A program made the position numbers and the translations under genes. From contig CAWCKW010000012.1 of NCBI GenBank assembly GCA_963796285.1, forward strand, positions 224,001-288,000: a DNA stretch of 64,000 nucleotides. The letters run 5' to 3'. Below the pieces are notes generated by a model. It was not told the origin of the DNA and did not search any database. It saw only the letters and a list, made by a program, of their open reading frames with translations. This DNA comes from Nitrospirota bacterium. Lineage in GTDB: Bacteria; Nitrospirota; UBA9217. Of this stretch, positions 57,547 through 64,000 are shown in pieces (positions within the stretch are counted from its first letter, which is position 1; every line of letters starts with the position of its first letter).

Positions 57547-58763
57547 AGCGGGTCGTGATAACCGGGCTTGGCGTGGTTTCTCCCTTCGGGAATGGAATGC
57601 CGGCCCTCATGAAGGGGATCGAGGAAGGCCGGAGCGCGGTGCGGCGCATGGAAGGCTGGGAGCAGTATATCGGCCTGCGCAGTCTTGTTGGGGCGCCGGT
57701 CGAGATGCGGGATGAGAAGCGCATTCCGCGGCAGAAGCGTCGTTCCATGGGTCGTATGAGCATCTTCGCGGCACAGGCCGCTGACGAGGCCCTCGCCGAT
57801 GCGGGCATCTCCCTTGCCGGCGAAGACCTGTGGCGGGTCGGCTGCGTCATCGGCTCGACCATGGGGAGCGCTAAGAGCATCAACGATGCCTTTGAGACCA
57901 TGCTGCCGAACAAGGACCTGAGCCGGCTGAACTCTACCATGTTCTTCCAGTGCATGTCCCACACTGCGGCTGTGAACGTGGCCCAATATCTGGGACTGAA
58001 CGGTACGATCATGGCGCCGGCCGCTGCCTGTGCGTCAGCCCTTCACGCCATCGGCATGGGGTACGATCTGATCAGACTCGGGAGGCAGAATGTCCTCCTG
58101 TGCGGCGGGGCTGAGGAACTGCACCCCACGGTGACCGGATCCTTTGATATTCTTTTCGCCACCTCGACGAAATACAACGATAGGCCGCAGAAGACTCCGC
58201 GGCCCTTTGACAAGGACCGGGACGGACTGGTCTGCGGCGAGGGGAGCGGTCTGGTGGTCCTCGAGGACTACGAACGGGCGATCAAGCGGAACGCAAAGAT
58301 CTACGCCGAGATCAAGGGCTTCAGCACCACGGCGAATGGGCAACACGTGAGCCAGTCGAACAAGGAGTCCATGGTGGTCTGTATGCGGCAGGCGCTCCTC
58401 GATGCCGGGACGAAGTCCGGAGAGATCGATTATATCAATGCCCACGCCACAGCGACCATCCAGGGGGACCAGGAGGAGGCAGAGGCCATCGGGGAGGTCT
58501 TCGGTCCCACGGTGCCCGTCAGCAGCCTGAAGGGGTATATCGGCCATACACTCGGCGCTTCGGGCGCCATCGAGCTGGCTGCATCGCTCTTGATGATGGA
58601 ACAGGGCGTGATTTACCCGACGCTGAACCTGGACACGGTCAGTCCGGAGTGTGAAGGGATTCATCACGTAATTCAGCCGCTAAAAAAACAGATCAAGACT
58701 GTGCTGAAGAATGGGTTTGCCTTCGGCGGCATCAACGCGGCGCTGGTGTGCAGGAAAATATAG
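57537..58763 (+). CDS. Beta-ketoacyl-ACP synthase (FabF/FabB-like)
   Basis: Cys-His-His triad: AACAS, NAHAT, GHTLGA. Confidence 0.92.
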   Translation: MSLKRVVITGLGVVSPFGNGMPALMKGIEEGRSAVRRMEGWEQYIGLRSLVGAPVEMRDEKRIPRQKRRSMGRMSIFAAQAADEALADAGISLAGEDLWRVGCVIGSTMGSAKSINDAFETMLPNKDLSRLNSTMFFQCMSHTAAVNVAQYLGLNGTIMAPAAACASALHAIGMGYDLIRLGRQNVLLCGGAEELHPTVTGSFDILFATSTKYNDRPQKTPRPFDKDRDGLVCGEGSGLVVLEDYERAIKRNAKIYAEIKGFSTTANGQHVSQSNKESMVVCMRQALLDAGTKSGEIDYINAHATATIQGDQEEAEAIGEVFGPTVPVSSLKGYIGHTLGASGAIELAASLLMMEQGVIYPTLNLDTVSPECEGIHHVIQPLKKQIKTVLKNGFAFGGINAALVCRKI

Positions 58764-58798
58764 GGACCAAAAGCGGAATTCATACAGGAAAAAACCTC

Positions 58799-58883
58799 AT
58801 CCACAGATTTCGCAGATTGCGCAGATTGTAAAACTAATAAATCAGGTTCGGTTTAATCTGTGAAATCTGCGTAATCTGCGGAT
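58799..58883. repeat. Periodic inverted-repeat element at KS/ACP junction
   Basis: ATCCACAGATTTCGCAGATTGCGCAGATT ... AATCTGTGAAATCTGCGTAATCTGCGGAT with a 9-nt period. Confidence 0.85.
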
Positions 58884-58932
58884 TATATCTGTTTGAGTAG
58901 TTACTATTTTTTGAAATTCCACCGGAGGACTC

Positions 58933-59199
58933 ATGATCGATCAGGAGATTATCAACAAGATCAATAAGGTGTTCGAGGAATCCTTTGAGATCGAGAAGGA
59001 GCGTCTTGTTCCGGAGGCGCATATCTTTACGGACCTTGGGCTGGACAGCCTGGATATCGTTGACCTGGTGGTCGCGCTCCAAAACTCTTTTGGTGTCAAG
59101 ATCAGGAACGAGGAAAAGGTCAGGGACATCCGCACCCTGCAGGACATCTATCAGTTCATTTCCTCGCTGAAACATGAGGAAAACAAGACGGTCTCGTGA
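58933..59199 (+). CDS. Acyl carrier protein
   Basis: DLGLDSLDIVDL. Confidence 0.93.
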   Translation: MIDQEIINKINKVFEESFEIEKERLVPEAHIFTDLGLDSLDIVDLVVALQNSFGVKIRNEEKVRDIRTLQDIYQFISSLKHEENKTVS

Positions 59200-59954
59200 A
59201 CATGCCGGATCGACTGAAACTGTATCTCCTGAACGTGTATTTTTACACGTTCTTCATACTGTTGTCCTCGATCGTAATCCCCGCACTGACGCTCGTCGTT
59301 GCGATATCGCGGCTCTTCACGTCGCACCGCAGGACCATGCAGCGCTTTCGCCGCGCTATCAGTTGGTACGGCAAGATCATTACGGCCATACCGTATCCGT
59401 TCATCCGGCTGCGGTATGAGGACCACGCGAAGGACGGACCCGGCGGTCCGTACATCTTCGTGAGCAACCACCGTGCGGCATCTGACGCGTTCCTCATGTG
59501 CGTTCTGCCGCAGGTGTGCGTGCAGATAGTAAATGTCTGGCCCTTCAGGATTCCCGTACTCGGGCTCTATGCCAAGTTTTCCGGATACCTGAACATCAGA
59601 ATGATGTCGCACGAACAGTTTTTGGAAAAAGCGACGAAGTTGCTGTCCGACGGGGTGTCGATCATTTTTTTTCCCGAGGGCACGAGATCGGCGAGCAGGA
59701 CGATGGGAAGCTTTCACAGCGCGGCATTTCGTCTGGCACTCGAGACGAAGACGCCCGTGGTCCCGCTCTGCATCACCGGGAACGAGAACATTCCTCTGAA
59801 AGGATCCCTGCTGCTGCGTCCAGGAACCATCCGGGTAAGGCGGCTGCCTGCCATCACCTGGGACGAGTATAAGGACCTGAATGCATTCGCCTTCAAGAAC
59901 AGGGTGTGGCATATTATCGATAGGGAACTGTCCATCATGGAGAGCGGCGCATGA
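59196..59954 (+). CDS. Lysophospholipid acyltransferase (PlsC-like)
   Basis: NHRAASD, FFPEGTRS. Confidence 0.9.
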   Translation: MNMPDRLKLYLLNVYFYTFFILLSSIVIPALTLVVAISRLFTSHRRTMQRFRRAISWYGKIITAIPYPFIRLRYEDHAKDGPGGPYIFVSNHRAASDAFLMCVLPQVCVQIVNVWPFRIPVLGLYAKFSGYLNIRMMSHEQFLEKATKLLSDGVSIIFFPEGTRSASRTMGSFHSAAFRLALETKTPVVPLCITGNENIPLKGSLLLRPGTIRVRRLPAITWDEYKDLNAFAFKNRVWHIIDRELSIMESGA

Positions 59955-61263
59955 ACGTGATGGAATTCCATCGGAACAGAATGCTGGAGTTCTCCAAACC
60001 GGAGGAGATCAGGAACGTACAGGAAGGGTTACTGAAAAAGCATATCCAATATTGCTCAGCCCATTCGCCCTTTTACCGGAAGCTGTTCCGCGAGCAGAGG
60101 ATAGACAGCGGAGCAGTGAACCTCGACACCCTGCGCGAGTTCCCACTCACGGACAAAGCCGCACTCAGCCAAGCAAATGACGATTTTCTTGCTGCGCCGA
60201 TGTCGCAGATAGTGGACATCGTTCTGTCATCAGGGACCACCGGCAAATCGACGACGATGATGTATACCGAGAACGATCTCAGGCGGCTGGCTTACAACGA
60301 GGAAATCTCCTTCACGAGCTGCGGACTGACACGAGACGATATCGTACTGTTGACCTGCACCATGGACCGCTGTTTCATCGCCGGTCTGGCGTACTTTTCC
60401 GGGATCCGGAGCCTGGGCGCAGCGGCGATCAGGAACGGCTTGAGCAGCGTCGATAGCCATCTCGAGATCATCCAGCGGCTGAAGCCAACGGCCATCGTGG
60501 GCGTACCGACGTTCCTGCTCAAACTGGGACACTATCATGAAATCCCAGGACATCGATCCGCGCGGGTCCGGCATAAGCAAACTGATCTGCATCGGAGAAC
60601 CAATCAGGGAACGCAGCCTCGCGTTCCTGCGGGTAGCGGAAAGCCTGGAAGAGGTTTGGGGGGCGAAGATCTATTCGACCTACGCGTCCTCGGAAACCAT
60701 CACATCGTTCTGCGAGTGCATTGCCCAGCAAGGCGGACACCTTCATCCTGACCTTGCAGTGGTGGAGATCGTGAATGACCAGGGTGAGGTGCTCCCACCC
60801 GGCGAACCGGGTGAGGTGGTGATAACGCCCCTGGCGATCGAAGGTATGCCGCTTGCTCCGGTTTAAGACCGGTGACATCAGTTTTGTCATTGATGAACCC
60901 TGTGCCTGCGGGCGGCATTCGCCGCGCCTGGGTCCCATCCTCGGGAGAAAGAAGCAGATGATCAAGTTTCGCGGGACGACGCTGTATCCCAATTCGCTCT
61001 ACACGGTCCTCGATTCGTTCCACGGGATCAGCGAATACTACGTGACCGCAACAAGCGATTACGACCTCTCCGATGTGATCAAGGTCACTGTTGCCGTGAA
61101 AGATACCTCCTGCTCCGCCGACATGATCATGGATAAGCTCCAGGCACACCTGCGGGTGAGACCCGAAGTGGTCATCGTGAGCGAAGAAAGCGTGAAGCGT
61201 GAGGTGTACCCCGGGAATTCCCGGAAACCAATTCGATTTGTGGATAAGAGAAAAAACATATGA
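59951..61263 (+). CDS. Phenylacetate-CoA-ligase-like adenylating enzyme, frameshifted
   Basis: SSGTTGK, TYASSE, RFKTGD, LGRKKQMIK. Confidence 0.85.
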
Positions 61264-62748
61264 AAACCTGTCAAAGTAGCATCTATGGCGCAGAATTCTC
61301 CCGGGAGGAAATCGCCGCTGCCGTCCGGGACAACAAGCTGCTCTCGATGGAAATCGAGTTCAACAAGAGCTGTAATTTCCGGTGCCTCTACTGCTATGCG
61401 TCGGATCATACTGTTCATCGGAACGAACTGAGCAAACATGAGTTTCTTGATCTCATCAAGCAGGCCAGGGAACTGGGCGCGAGGAAAATCATCGTCCTTG
61501 GCGGTGAGCCCATGCTCTATCCTCCTATCATCGAGATGATCCAATACATCAGGGGTCTCGATATGGACGTCGAGCTTTTCACGAACGGGACGAACATCAC
61601 ACGAGAGATGGCTCAGACGCTGTATGACCTCGGCGTCCGCGTGGTCCTCAAGATGAACACGTTCGAGGAAAAGATCCAGGACATGCTTTCGGGAAGGAAA
61701 GGCGCGTATGCCCAGATCCATGAAGCGTTCAACAACCTGAAACTGGCCGGCTATCCATCGGCGGACCGTTTCATGGGGATCAGCACGGTCATTTGTCAGC
61801 AGAACATCGATGAGCTCCCGAAGATGTGGGAGTGGCTGCGGGACCAGAACATCGCTCCCTATTTCGAGATGATCACCCCGCAGGGCGGCGCTAAGGAACA
61901 CAATATGCTTGAAGTCGATTCCCGGCAGGTCGAGGAGCTGTTTCACCGGATCTCCCGGATCGACCGGAAAAAATACGGACACACCTGGGACCCCAAGCCT
62001 CCGCTCGTCGGTGGAGAGTGTCTTCGTCACCAGTTTTCCTGCGCAGTCAACTCCGAAGGCTTTGTGCAGCCGTGCGTCGGCGTTACGATCCCGATCGGCA
62101 ATGTGCGCAAGCAGCGGCTCAAGGACATTCTGCAGGAGAGTGAGGTGGTCCAGGACCTCAAGAACTATACCGAGACCATCAAGGGACCGTGCAGCGAATG
62201 CGAACGGCTGAACGAATGTTACGGCTGCCGGGGAGCGGCATACCAGATGACCGGCGACTACCTTGCTTCCGACCCCCTGTGCTGGAAGAACCTGGATAAA
62301 CGGGATGATATCATGTTCCTGCCGGTGGATGCCAGCCAGCTCGTTCCGCACAAACAGCCCATGCTTCTCATCGACCGGCTCCTCGAGATCCAGGAGCGGG
62401 CGTCGCTGTCCGAGATGATCGTGCGTGCCGGACATGGTCTTCGTGGGGAAAGACGGGAAGCTCGATGACGCCTCATATCCTGAGATCATATCCCAGGCCA
62501 TCGCCGCACAGGAGGGGTTTCGAAAGATCGGGAGCCGCAATCCTCAGCAGGAAGGCTTCCTGCTCGGCATCAAGAACCTTGAGATCATCGGCAGCGCACG
62601 CGTCGGCGACACCCTGCGCATATCAGTGTTCAAGGTCGCGAAGTACGGCGACTTCGGCATTATCCAGGGAGAGGTCAGGAATGGCGATGCCCTGATCGCC
62701 AGCGGAGAAGTAAAGGTCTGGCAGGGCGACGGCAAGGCAGCGGCATGA
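61260..62748 (+). CDS. Radical SAM/SPASM enzyme fused to a hotdog (FabA/ApeP-like) dehydratase, frameshift near 62430
   Basis: CNFRCLYC, SPASM CSEC..CYGCRG..DPLC, then in frame LVPHKQPMLLIDRL, continuing as EIISQAIAAQEG..GFLLGI. Confidence 0.82.
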
Positions 62749-62777
62749 TGATGAACGGGAATAACTGAGAATGAGCG

Positions 62778-63422
62778 TTGTCCTTCGCTGGTCCTGTGCA
62801 TCCTGTGCGCACGCCGGACACGGTTTTTGCGGACGACGCTGAACAAAGGAGGACGCTGCCGGAACAAGCCGACCTGTCCGCGTTGCTGAACCGCATCGGG
62901 AAAAAGGTCTCGGACTTCAAGACCCTCAAAACGGATTTCACCCAGGAAAAAGAGATGGCCATGTTCAAGGAGAAGCTCGTGCTCAAGGGCAGGATCTATC
63001 TCCAGAAGCCGAACAAGGTCGCCTGGCATGTCGATAAGCCCCTCCGGTATTCCGTCCTGATCACCGATAAATTTATCCGTCAGTGGGACGAGGACACGAA
63101 CCAGGTCCAGGAAATATCGTTGACAAAGAACCCGATGTTTCAGAACGTGATCAGGCAGCTGACCGTATGGTTCTCCGGCGAGTACGGCTCGCTCCTCGAG
63201 ACCAATGACGTGCGGCTGGTGAAACGCAGCCCCCTGGTGCTTGAGTTCTCGCCCCGCGCCAATAATGACGCCAGGAAGGTCCTGAAGAACATTACGATCA
63301 CGTTCCGCGAAGATGAAACCTATTTACAGCAGATTCGCATGCAGGAACTGAGCGGAGATGTCACGACGATCACGTTCCTGAACACGATCCTGAATGCCCC
63401 TCTCGACAGCGACAAGCTTTGA
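62778..63422 (+). CDS. LolA-like outer-membrane lipoprotein carrier protein
   Basis: DFTQEK, GRIYLQKPNKVAW, GDVTTITF; both ends probably affected by frameshifts. Confidence 0.75.
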   Translation: MSFAGPVHPVRTPDTVFADDAEQRRTLPEQADLSALLNRIGKKVSDFKTLKTDFTQEKEMAMFKEKLVLKGRIYLQKPNKVAWHVDKPLRYSVLITDKFIRQWDEDTNQVQEISLTKNPMFQNVIRQLTVWFSGEYGSLLETNDVRLVKRSPLVLEFSPRANNDARKVLKNITITFREDETYLQQIRMQELSGDVTTITFLNTILNAPLDSDKL

Positions 63423-63433
63423 GGTAAAAGGGC

Positions 63434-64000
63434 ATGTTTGATCAGGTATTTCTCCCTGCTGTACCAGTTTGTATTCCGGCATAAAAAATGGGTCCTCGCT
63501 TGCGTCCTTGCTGATAACCGTTGCTGCCGGTGCAGGGTTGTTCCTTGTCCGCTACGAAGGCAATATCGACATCATGCTTCCGCCGGACAAGGAGGTCATG
63601 CCGGAGCATGAACTTCCTGCGGGATTCGAGCCTGTCGGACAAGATCATCGTCTCCCTGCAGCTGACCGATCCCGCAAAAAACAAGAAAGACCTCTTCCTT
63701 GCTGTTGACCAGCTCGCAGCAACGCTCACAGCCGCCTTACTTTACCAAGGTCATTTCCGGCTTCTCGGTCGTGGATGTCATGGAGGAGTTCTCGCATCCT
63801 CCGCTATGCCCCCCAGATCCTGGGAGAGCAGGACCTTGCCTGCCATCGACGGCCAGATCAACAAAACGACGGTAGACCAGAAGATGCGGGCGATCTACCG
63901 GCAGTCGCTCAGGCCCGAAAGCATCTTCATGACATCGTTGTCACGCACGGATCCGCTCGGGATCAAAGTGCTCCTGCTGGATAAGCTGCGGGCGCTCCCC
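63434..64000 (+). CDS. Probable MMPL/RND-family lipid exporter, N-terminal part, frameshifted
   Basis: TM followed by RYEGNIDIMLP and later DPLG; position after the LolA-like gene. Confidence 0.55.

Noticed and set aside
52649-58883. CRISPR array in the periodic repeats
   Set aside because: Units are 9-10 nt and inverted, with no unique spacers and no cas genes.

Overview
A 64-kb chromosomal segment from a mid-GC bacterium. The gene order and protein style suggest Nitrospirota or Desulfobacterota; this is inference. Single-base frameshifts are frequent, including in essential genes (hemC, pheS, pheT), so most split ORFs are probably sequencing errors. In order: (1) a duplicated minus-strand block of ArnT/PMT-like glycosyltransferase, FAD oxidoreductase and B12 radical SAM genes; (2) a surface island with a porin, three Big_2 lipoproteins and a MacB-type ABC cassette; (3) housekeeping genes lysS, lolCDE, ccsA-hemA-hemC-cobA/hemD-iscA-like-hemB, an MltD-like transglycosylase, a PAS kinase, dnaE and tRNA-Cys; (4) the top candidate system: a TonB receptor, an unannotated 51-aa peptide (KKKAT repeats then Cys-Cys), a radical SAM/SPASM maturase, a periplasmic binding protein, a HAMP kinase, a NarL regulator and c-di-GMP enzymes, which looks like a RiPP-based signalling circuit; (5) archaeal-type pheST; (6) the start of an unusual type II fatty-acid/polyene-like cluster with a radical SAM-dehydratase fusion. 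Periodic inverted-repeat elements sit at many intra-operon junctions. Family names come from motif recognition and memory; no database searches were run.
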